DNA from: a bacterium
Lineage (GTDB): Bacteria; Hinthialibacterota; Hinthialibacteria; Hinthialibacterales; Hinthialibacteraceae
Length of the DNA stretch: 64,000 bases
Reading direction: 5' to 3'
Assembly: GCA_963662285.2 (NCBI GenBank)
Contig: CAXXMV010000008.1
Coordinates: forward strand, 1,312,001 to 1,376,000
The position numbers and the translations under genes were made by a program. The first letter of the stretch is position 1, and every line of letters begins with the position of its first letter. Of the stretch, positions 1 to 10,432 are shown one piece after another. The notes under the pieces were generated by a model. That model ran no database searches. It saw only the letters and a program-made list of their open reading frames with translations, and was not told the DNA's origin.

Positions 1-918
1 TGGAGTGTTACCAATGACAGGTGAACGTTTTACGCCCGAACCATATACGGTGGGCATCTCCGCCCGTATGGCGACGCCCAGCACGCCCCAATAATCAGAG
101 CGACGCTTATTAGCCAGTTTGTATAATGCTTGATAGAGTGAATCAATATCAACGCCATCACTGGAAGAACTCTCGAATAGCATTAGCTCATTAAAGCCAC
201 CGGCGATTGATACGTTGAATCCGGTGCGGATTGTAATTTGTCCGGTGTCATTTTTGGGGATCAAAAAATCCGGCGTATCGCTGCCGTCAGTGGGCAGCCA
301 GACCATGGTTCCACCTATGGTGATCATCTCTCCCATAATGGGGAAATAATCATCCAGGCATTCTCCCAAACCGCCCAGGCCGATGGAATACCCGGTGCTG
401 AAAAAATTCTTGGAACAGAGATGAGCGGGAGTGATTCTGCTCTCCAACACATCTTTAACATCGCCCAATATATCTACAGCGCTATAAACGTCCGGTTGGG
501 GGATTATACGGAACAATCCGCAATCCAGTTCGACAGTCTCCAAATCATCCCAATTGTCAATCAGCGATTGTTCTTGAATAAGTCTGCTTAAATATTTTTC
601 CGCTTCCTGAGTTGATTCAAAAATCGGGAAAGCAGATGCGAATCCCACCATTTCCATCACATCCCGACAGTAGGGTTGCAAGCGGACTATGGTCATCGCT
701 CCCCCCGATTGGGTAAAGCGCTTGTGGATTGACAAGATAATGCGCAATCCCGCGCTGCTCAGATAATCGACCTGCCCCATATCTAAGATCATGAAAAGAT
801 CATCTGGTTCTAAAGCGGTCTTTAGCGTACTGGCGACATCTTTTGATCCTACTGCATCGAATCGACCTTGTAATGAGACATATATTATTTTATCGCGACG
901 TTGGATATTAATTTCCAT
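1..918 (-). CDS. STAS (anti-sigma-factor antagonist) domain protein with a long C-terminal extension; runs off the left edge
   Basis: Not in the ORF track. Manual translation from ATG at 918 (AGAGGA RBS upstream) gives MEINIQRRDKIIYVSLQGRFDAVGS...LDMGQVDYLSSAGLRIILSIHKRF...MVGF, the STAS signature D-x-S-S-x-G-L. The frame stays open to position 1. Confidence 0.85.
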   Translation of the reverse strand, partial: MEINIQRRDKIIYVSLQGRFDAVGSKDVASTLKTALEPDDLFMILDMGQVDYLSSAGLRIILSIHKRFTQSGGAMTIVRLQPYCRDVMEMVGFASAFPIFESTQEAEKYLSRLIQEQSLIDNWDDLETVELDCGLFRIIPQPDVYSAVDILGDVKDVLESRITPAHLCSKNFFSTGYSIGLGGLGECLDDYFPIMGEMITIGGTMVWLPTDGSDTPDFLIPKNDTGQITIRTGFNVSIAGGFNELMLFESSSSDGVDIDSLYQALYKLANKRRSDYWGVLGVAIRAEMPTVYGSGVKRSPVIGNTP

Positions 919-1104
919 CAGTTGTGTTCCTCTATAGTGGTATGGGCTATTTAAGCAGGATTTGATCGCTATTTCCAGACAATCAAGACATAGCAGAATA
1001 ACCGCCTGATGTAGACATTTCTGTGGTTATTTGAGATTATGGTTTTATTATGCGGCTATTTTGATTTTTTTTCTAAATTCTAACAAGCGGGGGAGAATAT
1101 CTCG

Positions 1105-2241
1105 ATGCGGATTTCTATATATTTCAGATTTCTAATGGTTGTGATTGCTGTTCTGGCAATTTCAAGTATGACATGTCCAGCGCAGGATGATATTTCTTTC
1201 CGCGAAGATGTTTTTGTAGGTGGTCAAGATGGTTATAACACCTATCGCATCCCGGCGATGGTTATTAGCAACCAAGGAACCGTACTGGCGTTTTGTGAAG
1301 GACGGAAAATGAGCGCCAGCGATTCTGGCGACATTGATCTCCTGGTTAAGCGCAGTGAAAATGGTGGAAAAAACTGGTCTAAGCAAATCGTCGTCCATGA
1401 AGAAGATGGCAACGCTCCCATAACCATAGGCAACCCCTGCCCGATTATTGAGCGTGATAGTAATACAATACATTTGCTATTCAACAGGAATAACAAGCGA
1501 CTTTTTTACACCAAGAGCATAGATGACGGTCTTAGCTGGTCTTCGCCAAAAGAACTAACCAATATGCTAAAAAACTTTGATTATCCCCTGGTTCGCTGTG
1601 GAATTGGTCCAGTTCATGGAATCCAGATGAAAAACGGGCGGCTAATCGCAACTATATGGGTAAATGATTGTGAAGTAAAAGATAAAGAGAAGAACCCAAC
1701 CAAGAGAAGATATCAATCCGGTATTATTTACTCGGATGATAGCGGCGTGACATGGAGAACGGGCGGCCTTGTCCCCCCCACCCTGAACCGGCTCAATGAG
1801 TGCACTGTACTGGAGAGACTCGACGGCTCTTTATTATTAAACATGCGCGCGTATCATTCCGGTTTTCGCGCTGTATCAAACAGCTCAGATGGCGGGATAA
1901 CATGGTCGAATCCCGTGCTGGACAAGAACCTTCCCTGCCCGACATGTCAGGCCTGTATGATTCACGCGTCGGGAAGCGAAATCTTATTCTTGAATCCAGC
2001 TGCATCTAAAGAAGGTAAATTTCTTGGAGCAAGCCGTAGAAATCTTACATTACGCTTGAGTGTGGATGAGGGACGTACATGGGCTTATAGCCGCGTTATT
2101 AACCAAGGCGCCGCAGGATATTCTGATCTAGCGGTAACCAAGGATGGCGCCATTCTTTGTCTGTTTGAAAACGGGATTGATAATTACCGCGAGAAAATAT
2201 CTATTGTGAAAGTCGATAGAAAATGGCTGACAACCAATTAG
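1105..2241 (+). CDS. Secreted exo-alpha-sialidase family (GH33, BNR/Asp-box) protein
   Basis: Signal peptide, YRIP motif, Asp boxes (SENGGKNW, SIDDGLSW, SDDSGVTW, SSDGGITW, SVDEGRTW) and a C-terminal GYSDL...LFE motif. Confidence 0.9.
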   Translation: MRISIYFRFLMVVIAVLAISSMTCPAQDDISFREDVFVGGQDGYNTYRIPAMVISNQGTVLAFCEGRKMSASDSGDIDLLVKRSENGGKNWSKQIVVHEEDGNAPITIGNPCPIIERDSNTIHLLFNRNNKRLFYTKSIDDGLSWSSPKELTNMLKNFDYPLVRCGIGPVHGIQMKNGRLIATIWVNDCEVKDKEKNPTKRRYQSGIIYSDDSGVTWRTGGLVPPTLNRLNECTVLERLDGSLLLNMRAYHSGFRAVSNSSDGGITWSNPVLDKNLPCPTCQACMIHASGSEILFLNPAASKEGKFLGASRRNLTLRLSVDEGRTWAYSRVINQGAAGYSDLAVTKDGAILCLFENGIDNYREKISIVKVDRKWLTTN

Positions 2242-2252
2242 GGGGAAATAAT

Positions 2253-4718
2253 ATGAAATCGATACGATTGCTTTTTATTTTGATATTTACTTTTGGAATC
2301 ATCACAAATGTCTTAGGCGACAATCAGAATATTCCATCCAAAGCGGAATATATCAAGAACGCCACTCCCTTAGAAGATGGCGGGATTTTTGATTTTTATA
2401 CTGATGGCGAAAACGGTGAATTATTTCTTGATTCACTCAACACGAGATATGAAGACGCTGATACTATTTACGAGATAATAGGTAATACATGTAATCTTTC
2501 TACTAAAAGAAAAGGCTCTTGGAGTTTTTCAGGCAAACTTGAATTAATCCTGTCTTCCCATAAATTGGTAACTTCTGGTTTTCATATCACCGATCCCATC
2601 GCCTGGAAAAGATATACTCAATGTATTTATTCTCAGGGTAAAGTATTTGGAACAAACACTCAAACACGAACATCATTTAATAATCATATACTTGGTAATT
2701 ATGCAAATAATAAATTACCCAAAACTGAATTATTTATCAGAATCACTCGTGACCACCAGAGTGATTTCTTTTTTTCTGAATACTCTTTAGATGGAAGAAA
2801 ATGGCAATTTGGAGGTTCCTGCTATTTGGATATAAGCGGCGATGAAGCTATTTATACATTATCATGTTGGAGCCCCGAAGCGCCAGGTCATGTGATCGCT
2901 TCTAATGTTGAGATGTCGCCAGCCATTCCCTACACTATACGCAATGTTTCTAAATACCAATATCTCTATGGTGATTTGATTCATGTTTCGCTGAAAGTGA
3001 AGAATCCCGGTAATAAAACCACTCATATTGAGATCAAAGAAACTCCGCCTGTACAATGGAATATTTCTGATATTGCAGATGACGGACAATATAAAGATGG
3101 CATAATCCGTTGGTCTTTTGACATGCCTCCCGGTGAAAAACATCTTGATTATACCATCGCTCCTCCCCCTGATACGGTTTTGATCCCACAGTTTAAGGGA
3201 AAAATCAATACCAGCGAAATCATGGGTATAAATCAACTTTTTAAGAGCCGCTTGGATCCATCAAAATTCATTTTTAGTTTAGTCAAATACTCCTCTTCAC
3301 TAGCGATTGTTCTTATCTTGCTGATCATGCATTTATGCATGTTTATTTTTTATCCACAATGGAAAGAGAACCTTGGTTTTTCTATATATCTTAGTTGTAT
3401 AATCGGCTTTATTATTCTGGTAGGCGCGGGTGAATTATTTTCTAATAATCATTTCCAATATGTTGTACGTACCAGACTAATTTTCTTCATATTATGGTCG
3501 ATAGCGTCAACTGCTTTACTATCATTTTTCAATCTTCTCTCTTTACCTGAATTACCAAAAAGGTTTTGGATATTTGCTGTATTATGGTGCATCTTTTTGT
3601 TTTGGATGTTTGTTATTTCAAATTCATTTCTGCCTGAAAAACTCGCGATATACTTGAATTTATCAATCTTCATAATTTTGAATGTAATAGTCTTAATTGA
3701 ATGCCTCATCACCATAACCAAAGGAATACGCGCCAAACGGGATGGAATTTTAATTATCGCGTTTGGCTCGTTCATACTCTTATCCGGCGCGCTTTATGCG
3801 ATTGTATATATGTATTCCAAAATCTTTAATTGGGCTAGTTTCGCTGCATTTTTTCGCTTATTTTATCTTGGTAATACCTTTTTGGGCATCACTGTGCTTT
3901 TGTTTCTTATCAGTATATCAATATCAATATCATACCGCTTTGCCCGTTCGGTTGGAGGATTAAAAACCCTAAACTTAGAACTAGAAGACCGGGTTGCGCA
4001 TCGCACCGCCGAATTGGAACAAGCCAATCATGAACTACGCGAGCTGGATAAAATGAAAACCCAATTCGTCTCCCAAGCCTCGCATGATCTGCGTACCCCG
4101 CTAACAGCCATCAAAGGAAGCCTCGATAATCTGTTAATGGGCATCGCGGGCGCCCTAAACGAAAAGCAGCAGAAAGTGATGACCCGTGCTACAACCTCAG
4201 TAGACCGCTTGACCAACCTGATCAACGACGTACTAGACCTAAACCGCATTGAGACGGGCCGCATCGTATTAGAAAAAAGCGACATCCCCTTCAAAGCCCT
4301 AGTAGAGAATATAATAAACGAAAACCAACCCGCTGCCGACCAAAAACAGATCACCCTAACCGCCAACCTTGGCGAAGAAGTAAACTTGCATATTGATGGC
4401 AGCAAGATTGAGCGCGTAGTAGGCGAACTAATATCCAACGCTATCAAATATACGCCGGATTGCGGGACTGTTGATGTTGGTTTGTCGCTTGAAGATAATG
4501 TAGTATCACTTACAGTGAAGGATTCCGGCATCGGTATGACTGCTGAAGAATGCAAGAAGATTTGGGAGCGGTTTTACCGGACTTCGGCTTCGCAGAAATT
4601 CGCTAAGGGTTCAGGGCTGGGGCTTTCGATTGCCAAGGAACTGGTTGAGTTGCATGGGGGGACGCTTACTGTTGAGAGCAAAAAAGGAGAAGGGACAACA
4701 TTTACTCTGATTATATAA
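2253..4718 (+). CDS. Membrane sensor histidine kinase (extracellular domain, about 7 TM helices, HisKA-HATPase)
   Basis: H-box SHDLRTPLT, N-box ELISNAIKY, G1 DSGIG, G2 GSGLGL, and a multi-TM segment. Start moved to MKSIRLL after a GGGGG RBS. Confidence 0.9.
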   Translation: MKSIRLLFILIFTFGIITNVLGDNQNIPSKAEYIKNATPLEDGGIFDFYTDGENGELFLDSLNTRYEDADTIYEIIGNTCNLSTKRKGSWSFSGKLELILSSHKLVTSGFHITDPIAWKRYTQCIYSQGKVFGTNTQTRTSFNNHILGNYANNKLPKTELFIRITRDHQSDFFFSEYSLDGRKWQFGGSCYLDISGDEAIYTLSCWSPEAPGHVIASNVEMSPAIPYTIRNVSKYQYLYGDLIHVSLKVKNPGNKTTHIEIKETPPVQWNISDIADDGQYKDGIIRWSFDMPPGEKHLDYTIAPPPDTVLIPQFKGKINTSEIMGINQLFKSRLDPSKFIFSLVKYSSSLAIVLILLIMHLCMFIFYPQWKENLGFSIYLSCIIGFIILVGAGELFSNNHFQYVVRTRLIFFILWSIASTALLSFFNLLSLPELPKRFWIFAVLWCIFLFWMFVISNSFLPEKLAIYLNLSIFIILNVIVLIECLITITKGIRAKRDGILIIAFGSFILLSGALYAIVYMYSKIFNWASFAAFFRLFYLGNTFLGITVLLFLISISISISYRFARSVGGLKTLNLELEDRVAHRTAELEQANHELRELDKMKTQFVSQASHDLRTPLTAIKGSLDNLLMGIAGALNEKQQKVMTRATTSVDRLTNLINDVLDLNRIETGRIVLEKSDIPFKALVENIINENQPAADQKQITLTANLGEEVNLHIDGSKIERVVGELISNAIKYTPDCGTVDVGLSLEDNVVSLTVKDSGIGMTAEECKKIWERFYRTSASQKFAKGSGLGLSIAKELVELHGGTLTVESKKGEGTTFTLII

Positions 4719-4725
4719 ATTGTTT

Positions 4726-5661
4726 CTATGCATCAACAGTTAGCTTATGATTATTTTCGGATACGGCTTGCCAGCTGAGAACTGAGCCTAGAATAAGAAC
4801 TGCGCAACCCAGCCATAAACTCCATCCCGGCGCCACAGCAAGATAGAATGAAGTCACAATAGTGGAAAAAAGGGGCGTTAGGTAAGAACCTGCTGCTACC
4901 AGTACAACATTGCCTTGCCTCATGGCGCCGTCCCACAGACCATAAGCCAGATAGGTAGAGCATCCCAGGAAGACTGCTTCAATCATTGCTTGAGTATTCC
5001 ATTGGCGCGGTTCATCTACAAAGCAACAGATGAGAATGAGGACAATGGCTGTTACTGGCAAAAAGATTGCTACTGCGCCGGTATTCTGTTCACCAGCGAA
5101 CTTGTTGGTAAGAGTGGAATACAAAGCCCAAGATATAGCGGCGAGGATTGCTAAGGAGTATGCCAGGGGATTGCCGCCATAGTTATGAGCGAAGGACTGC
5201 CACGATACATTGGCCCCTTGAGATATCACCAGAAAAACGCCGCTGAGCGCCAACAGCGTTCCGGGAATTAGAATCCAGCTGGCTTTTTTGCCCAGAATCA
5301 CCAGGGATAGCAAGATGGTTAATGCGGGCCACAGATAATTCAGCAGCCCTATCTCCAGAGTCTGTTCATGATTTGCGGCCAGACCGACTGCCAGAAAGAG
5401 AAGCAGCATGTAACTTACAAATAGAGAACCGCAGACGACCAGGTATTGCGTCGGCAGTTGTCGAATTTGCTTTCTCTTTCGGCTGCGCAACAGAAGTTCA
5501 ACCACCGCTGCAACAGCTGCAATGCTATACACCGCCGCTGAAGCAGTCACCGCGCCCAGAGATTCGGAGAGGCTGCGGGCAATGGCCACAGTTGTACTCC
5601 ACAACAGAATTGCGGCGAAACCTTTGGCTGTTGCGAGATGCCGTTTTTGGGTTACATCCAT
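4726..5661 (-). CDS. DMT/EamA family exporter, YddG-like
   Basis: About 10 TM helices; GFAAILLWST, NYLWP and SYLTP motifs typical of YddG. Start may instead be 5697. Confidence 0.8.
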   Translation of the reverse strand: MDVTQKRHLATAKGFAAILLWSTTVAIARSLSESLGAVTASAAVYSIAAVAAVVELLLRSRKRKQIRQLPTQYLVVCGSLFVSYMLLLFLAVGLAANHEQTLEIGLLNYLWPALTILLSLVILGKKASWILIPGTLLALSGVFLVISQGANVSWQSFAHNYGGNPLAYSLAILAAISWALYSTLTNKFAGEQNTGAVAIFLPVTAIVLILICCFVDEPRQWNTQAMIEAVFLGCSTYLAYGLWDGAMRQGNVVLVAAGSYLTPLFSTIVTSFYLAVAPGWSLWLGCAVLILGSVLSWQAVSENNHKLTVDA

Positions 5662-5709
5662 ATTATTACAAATATCCAAGTTTCTGGTTGATATCATGCA
5701 TAGCGCAAT

Positions 5710-6027
5710 TCAGCCCTGCATTTTGATCATAGCGTCGATCTCTTTGTTGATGCAGTCGCAGGCTATATCACAGATTTTTATCACCATTTTATTAGAAATG
5801 CGGTAATATATCTTAGTTCCATCTCGTCGGCTGCTGACCAGACCGGCTTTTGCCAATGCGTTGAGATTAGCCGAAGCGGTTCCCGGTTTCATATCCAGCA
5901 TCTCAGCGATATTACCTACGCTTCGCTCGCAATCTTTAAGTATATGTAGTATCTTAAGCCGTATCGGTTCAGACATCGCTTTGAAGCGTTGGGCGATGAT
6001 CTGCATCTTTTCATCATTGATCTGCAT
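5710..6027 (-). CDS. ArsR/SmtB family transcriptional regulator
   Basis: FKAMSEPIRLKILHIL...SANLNALAKAGLVSSRRDGTKIYY winged HTH; Cys-rich C-terminal helix ICDIACDC. Confidence 0.9.
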   Translation of the reverse strand: MQINDEKMQIIAQRFKAMSEPIRLKILHILKDCERSVGNIAEMLDMKPGTASANLNALAKAGLVSSRRDGTKIYYRISNKMVIKICDIACDCINKEIDAMIKMQG

Positions 6028-6047
6028 TGGACTGTCCTTTTGTTACA

Positions 6048-6107
6048 TCATCACTTGACTTTCTACTATACTATAGTACGATAGAATTATAGCAAGTCAA
6101 GTGATGA
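6048..6107. promoter_or_regulatory. Symmetric divergent promoter/operator between arsR and the RND operon
   Basis: Perfect 14-bp inverted repeat TCATCACTTGACTT (6048-6061) / AAGTCAAGTGATGA (6094-6107). Each arm carries TTGACT with TACGAT or TACTAT 16 nt away. Palindrome TACTATAGTA at 6069-6078. Confidence 0.65.
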
Positions 6108-6139
6108 CAATTATCGTCAAATATATTGGGAGCGGAAAC

Positions 6140-7204
6140 ATGAACATTATCAAGAATCTTATCATTATAATCGCCGGATTAGCTATATTGATCGGCCTGC
6201 TGTTATGGATGCAAGGGGCTTTCGTTGCTGACCGCATCGATCCTGGTTTGGATAAAGCAAACGAGATGAATATTGATAATATTCAGACAGTAACCGCCAG
6301 TTACAGAACTATGGAACAGACGGCTGATGCGGTGGGATCGATCCAATCGCGCAGCACAACCAATTTCGCCAGTAAGATTCTGGCCACTATTCTGACAGTT
6401 AATGTCCGTCCCGGAGACGCTGTCAAGCAAGGCGATTTGCTGATTACGCTCGATGACCGAGACCTGCGTTCGCGTATGCAGCAGTCCCGCAACGCTCTGG
6501 AGGCGGCGCAGGCGGCGTATGATAAAACAGTACGCGACCGCAAGCGCTTTGAAGCGCTGCTTAAGACCGATGACGTGACCCAGAACGCTTTTGATGAATC
6601 GGTCAGCGCTGAACATATCGCTCAAGCCAAATTGCAGCAGGCTCAAGGGCAGGTGCGCGAAACCGAAGTTATGCTTTCGTACGCCAAAATATATGCTCCT
6701 ACGGGTGGAACCATTATAGAGAAATTCTGCGATCCAGGCGACCTGGCCTCACCGGGCAAAGCATTGCTCATGATGTACGATCCAAACAACCTGCGGGTTG
6801 AAGCGGCGGTCAGAGAACAATTATCAGGACGGTTGAAGATAGGGCAGAAACTTGCAGTGAATCTTGATGTTGTCAATAAAGAGATGACGGGGACGGTTGA
6901 AGAGATCGTGCCGTCATCCGATATCGCCAGCCGCTCAGTTATGGTCAAAGTCGCCATCACCCGCGAAGAAGGCTTATTTCCCGGCATGTTCGCCAGAATC
7001 AAAATTCCACTTGATCCGGTTAAATTTCTGGTAATTCCTCAGAAGACGGTTCGCCTGGTTGGTCAATTGGAACTGGTTTCGGTCAAGAAAGATCAACGAA
7101 TCGTATCGCGGGCCGTGCGAACCGGTCGATTGTGGAATGATGACATCGAAATCTTATCCGGCATCTCAGAAGGCGACGAAATCGTAATCCATGAGGGGGC
7201 TTAA
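6140..7204 (+). CDS. RND efflux periplasmic adaptor (membrane fusion protein)
   Basis: N-terminal TM anchor, biotinyl-like V-x-PGD-x-V-x-x-GD-LL, coiled-coil hairpin, IYAPTGG, and LFPGMFAR. Confidence 0.9.
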   Translation: MNIIKNLIIIIAGLAILIGLLLWMQGAFVADRIDPGLDKANEMNIDNIQTVTASYRTMEQTADAVGSIQSRSTTNFASKILATILTVNVRPGDAVKQGDLLITLDDRDLRSRMQQSRNALEAAQAAYDKTVRDRKRFEALLKTDDVTQNAFDESVSAEHIAQAKLQQAQGQVRETEVMLSYAKIYAPTGGTIIEKFCDPGDLASPGKALLMMYDPNNLRVEAAVREQLSGRLKIGQKLAVNLDVVNKEMTGTVEEIVPSSDIASRSVMVKVAITREEGLFPGMFARIKIPLDPVKFLVIPQKTVRLVGQLELVSVKKDQRIVSRAVRTGRLWNDDIEILSGISEGDEIVIHEGA

Positions 7205-7205
7205 C

Positions 7206-10200
7206 ATGATGGAAAAAATCAAACTCTCTCCCTTCAGTAAAATTGTCGAGGTTTTTCTCGATTCAAATTTATCGATTATTCTGATTATCCTGGCATTTCT
7301 GGCTGGCGGGGCGGCCTTATTAATAACTCCCCGCGAAGAAGAGCCGCAAATCGTGGTGCCTTTCGCCGATGTGTATGTATCGGTTCCCGGCGCATCAGCC
7401 GAAGAAGTTGAGCGCCTGGTTTCCACGAGGCTGGAAAAACTGTTATGGCAGATTGATGGCGTAGAGCATGTATATTCCACATCGCGTACAGGTCAGGCCA
7501 TTGTTACGGTGCGCTTCTATGTGGGCGAAGACCGCGAGCGCAGTCTGGTTAAGTTATATAACAAGATCGATTCAAACATCGATAATGTTCCGGCGCCGGT
7601 ATCGGGTTGGATAGTAAAACCTATCGAGATCGATGACACCACCATCTTGAACCTGGCGCTTTATAGCGACGATGCGGATGAATACACCCTACGGCGCGTG
7701 GCCGAAGAGGTGATCGACCGCCTGCAAAGCGTCAAGAACACCGGGCATACCTTTATTGTGGGAGGACTGGCCCGAAGCGTCCGGGTTGAATTCGACCGGG
7801 AACGTTTGCAGGCGCATTCCCTGGGAGCGATAGAAATTATCGAGAGCATCAAGGCGGCCAACGTCAATATCCCTGCTGGTGAGATTGAACGTAATAATGT
7901 GGAAATACTCATCGAAGGGGGCAGCGTCTTTTCTTCGGTGGAAGAACTGAAGCATCTGGTGGTCGGAGTGTTTCGCTCGCAGCCGGTGCACTTGAGCGAT
8001 GTGGCTGAAATTATTGACGGGCCAGCCGAGCGAACCAGCTATACAAGACTCGGTTTCGGTCCCGCCGCCCATCATAAGGTTGCGGATGACGCCAAGTATG
8101 ACAAAAGCGTCTCTTCAGTCACCTTAGCTATCGCCAAGAAAAAAGATTCCAATGCGGTATGGGTGGTTGATGAAGTGCTGGAACGACTGGAATCCATACG
8201 CAAACAGGTGATTCCAGATAATGTTCATGTCCTTATAACCCGTAATAATGGAGAAACCGCCGACGAAAAAGTCAATGAGTTGGTAGAAGGTCTGATAGTT
8301 GCAATCATCACTGTTATCGCGCTGATTACATTCGTGCTGGGATGGCGCGAGGGTTTAATCATCGCTTTCGCTGTACCAATTACTTTTGGCCTGGCTCTGT
8401 TTTTCAATATGCTGCTGGGTTACTCCATCAACCGGGTGACGCTCTTCGCCTTGACTTTGTCATTGGGGCTGGTGGTGGATGATCCCATCGTTGATGTGGA
8501 GAACATCTACCGTCATTTCACCATGAAACTACGCAATGCGCGCGACTCGGTGTTGTATGCGGTCGATGAAGTCAGGCCGCCGATCATACTGGCGACGCTG
8601 GCGGTCATCATCTCGTTTTTACCCATGTTTTTCATCACGGGAATGATGGGGCCATACATGGCGCCTATGGCGCTCAATGTTCCACTGGCCATGTTGATGT
8701 CCCTGCTGGTGGCTTTCACCATTACGCCCTGGATGACCTACCATGTTTTCAAGGGCAAGTTTGATAGCGCCCAGGAAGAAGAGTTCGATCTAAAAAAGAG
8801 TCTGGTATATAAAGTATACCGTCCTCTGGTTCAACCTTTCCTTAAATCTAAAGTTTTGTCTTATAGCCTGATACTGGTGATTGTGTTATTGATGGCCGGT
8901 TCGAGTCTCATGGCGGTGTATGGCCTGATTCCATTGAAGATGCTGCCCTTCGATAACAAGAATGAACTACAGGTTCTGATTGATATGCCGGAAGGAACCA
9001 CCCTGGAAGAGACCGATTCGGTAGTTCGGGAAATTGAAGATTTTCTCAGGCGGGTTCCAGAGATTACCGATTTTCAATCCTATGTAGGCACGCCATCACC
9101 CATAGATTTCAACGGTATGGTGCGGCATTACTATTTCCGCAAAGGAAGCAATCTGGCTGATATCAGGTTGAACCTGGCCGATAAGGATTACCGTAAGCAA
9201 CAAAGCCATTCCATCGGCCTTCGCCTGCGTAACGATCTGGACGCTATCGGCAGGAAAAACAACGCCATTGTTAAAATCGTCGAAGCGCCGCCCGGACCAC
9301 CTGTTATTGCAACCGTTGTGGCCGAAATTTATGGCGCCCCTGACAAGTCGTATGAAGAGATCATCGCGGCGGCCAATATAGTCAAGCAGAAAATGAAAAC
9401 CATCCATGCCATGGTTGAAGTGGATGATTATGTAGAAGCGCCTCAGAGCAAACTGGTTTTTGAAGTTGATCGTCAAAAAGCAGCCCTCAACGGCATTACC
9501 TCCGAACAGATTGCTAAAACCCTGGAGTTAGCCTCTGGAGGAGTGAGCGCAGGCGTTATTCATGTCTCCTCAGAGAGAAATCCTTTGATCATTGAATTGC
9601 GCCTTCCCATCGAAGAGCGCTCCAGTTCAGCTGATTTAAGGCGTCTGGCGGTCAAAGGCGATTCGGGACAATTTATCCAGATCGCCGAATTGGGCAGGTT
9701 CGTAGAAAAAGAACTGGATGTATCCATTTATCATAAAAACCTTGAACCAGTGGTCTATGTGATGTCTGAAATGGCGGGTCGCGCTCCAGCCGAAGCCATC
9801 TTTGAACTGCAAGCTTATTTCAAAGAAAATCCGTTGCCGGAAGGTTTCAACATCAACTGGTCGGGCGAAGGGGAATGGGAAATAACCATCCGCGTCTTCC
9901 GCGACCTGGGTCTGGCCTTCGCGGCGGCCATGATCGGCATCTATATTCTGCTGATTATCGAAACCGGATCATTCTTTATGCCATTGGTGATTATGATTGC
10001 TATCCCATTGACGGTTATCGGAATAATGCCTGGATTTTATATTCTCAATCTATTGACCAACAATCCGGTCGGCGGGTTTGAAGATCCGACATTCTTTACC
10101 GCCACAGCCATGATTGGAATGATCGCACTAGCTGGCATCGTGGTCAGAAATTCCATAATACTTATTGATTTTATCCATAAATCAGTCAAAGAAGGCAAAC

Positions 10201-10430
10201 CGCTGGAGGATGCATTGATCGAATCCGGCGCGGTGCGTTTCCGCCCTATTCTGATCACTGCGGGGACGACCATGCTTGGCAACTGGGTTATTACTCTCGA
10301 CCCGATTTTCAGTGGATTGGCCTGGTCGATTATATTTGGAATATTCGCCTCGACCGCCTTTACGCTGGTGGCTATACCCGTGATTTACAATTTGATTTTT
10401 GCTAAAAAACAAGATATAACGGAGGCTTAA
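7206..10430 (+). CDS. RND efflux permease (AcrB/AcrD/AcrF family)
   Basis: About 1075 aa with PREEEPQI, GLVVDDPIVDVENI, GIVVRNSIILIDF and RFRPILIT motifs. Confidence 0.92.
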   Translation: MMEKIKLSPFSKIVEVFLDSNLSIILIILAFLAGGAALLITPREEEPQIVVPFADVYVSVPGASAEEVERLVSTRLEKLLWQIDGVEHVYSTSRTGQAIVTVRFYVGEDRERSLVKLYNKIDSNIDNVPAPVSGWIVKPIEIDDTTILNLALYSDDADEYTLRRVAEEVIDRLQSVKNTGHTFIVGGLARSVRVEFDRERLQAHSLGAIEIIESIKAANVNIPAGEIERNNVEILIEGGSVFSSVEELKHLVVGVFRSQPVHLSDVAEIIDGPAERTSYTRLGFGPAAHHKVADDAKYDKSVSSVTLAIAKKKDSNAVWVVDEVLERLESIRKQVIPDNVHVLITRNNGETADEKVNELVEGLIVAIITVIALITFVLGWREGLIIAFAVPITFGLALFFNMLLGYSINRVTLFALTLSLGLVVDDPIVDVENIYRHFTMKLRNARDSVLYAVDEVRPPIILATLAVIISFLPMFFITGMMGPYMAPMALNVPLAMLMSLLVAFTITPWMTYHVFKGKFDSAQEEEFDLKKSLVYKVYRPLVQPFLKSKVLSYSLILVIVLLMAGSSLMAVYGLIPLKMLPFDNKNELQVLIDMPEGTTLEETDSVVREIEDFLRRVPEITDFQSYVGTPSPIDFNGMVRHYYFRKGSNLADIRLNLADKDYRKQQSHSIGLRLRNDLDAIGRKNNAIVKIVEAPPGPPVIATVVAEIYGAPDKSYEEIIAAANIVKQKMKTIHAMVEVDDYVEAPQSKLVFEVDRQKAALNGITSEQIAKTLELASGGVSAGVIHVSSERNPLIIELRLPIEERSSSADLRRLAVKGDSGQFIQIAELGRFVEKELDVSIYHKNLEPVVYVMSEMAGRAPAEAIFELQAYFKENPLPEGFNINWSGEGEWEITIRVFRDLGLAFAAAMIGIYILLIIETGSFFMPLVIMIAIPLTVIGIMPGFYILNLLTNNPVGGFEDPTFFTATAMIGMIALAGIVVRNSIILIDFIHKSVKEGKPLEDALIESGAVRFRPILITAGTTMLGNWVITLDPIFSGLAWSIIFGIFASTAFTLVAIPVIYNLIFAKKQDITEA

Positions 10431-10432
10431 TC

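Noticed and set aside
238-591. 117-aa + strand ORF and the many other short antisense ORFs in the track (e.g. 21171-21827, 50359-51075, 35464-36018)
   Set aside because: They are shadows opposite or within well-supported genes and carry no recognisable motifs.
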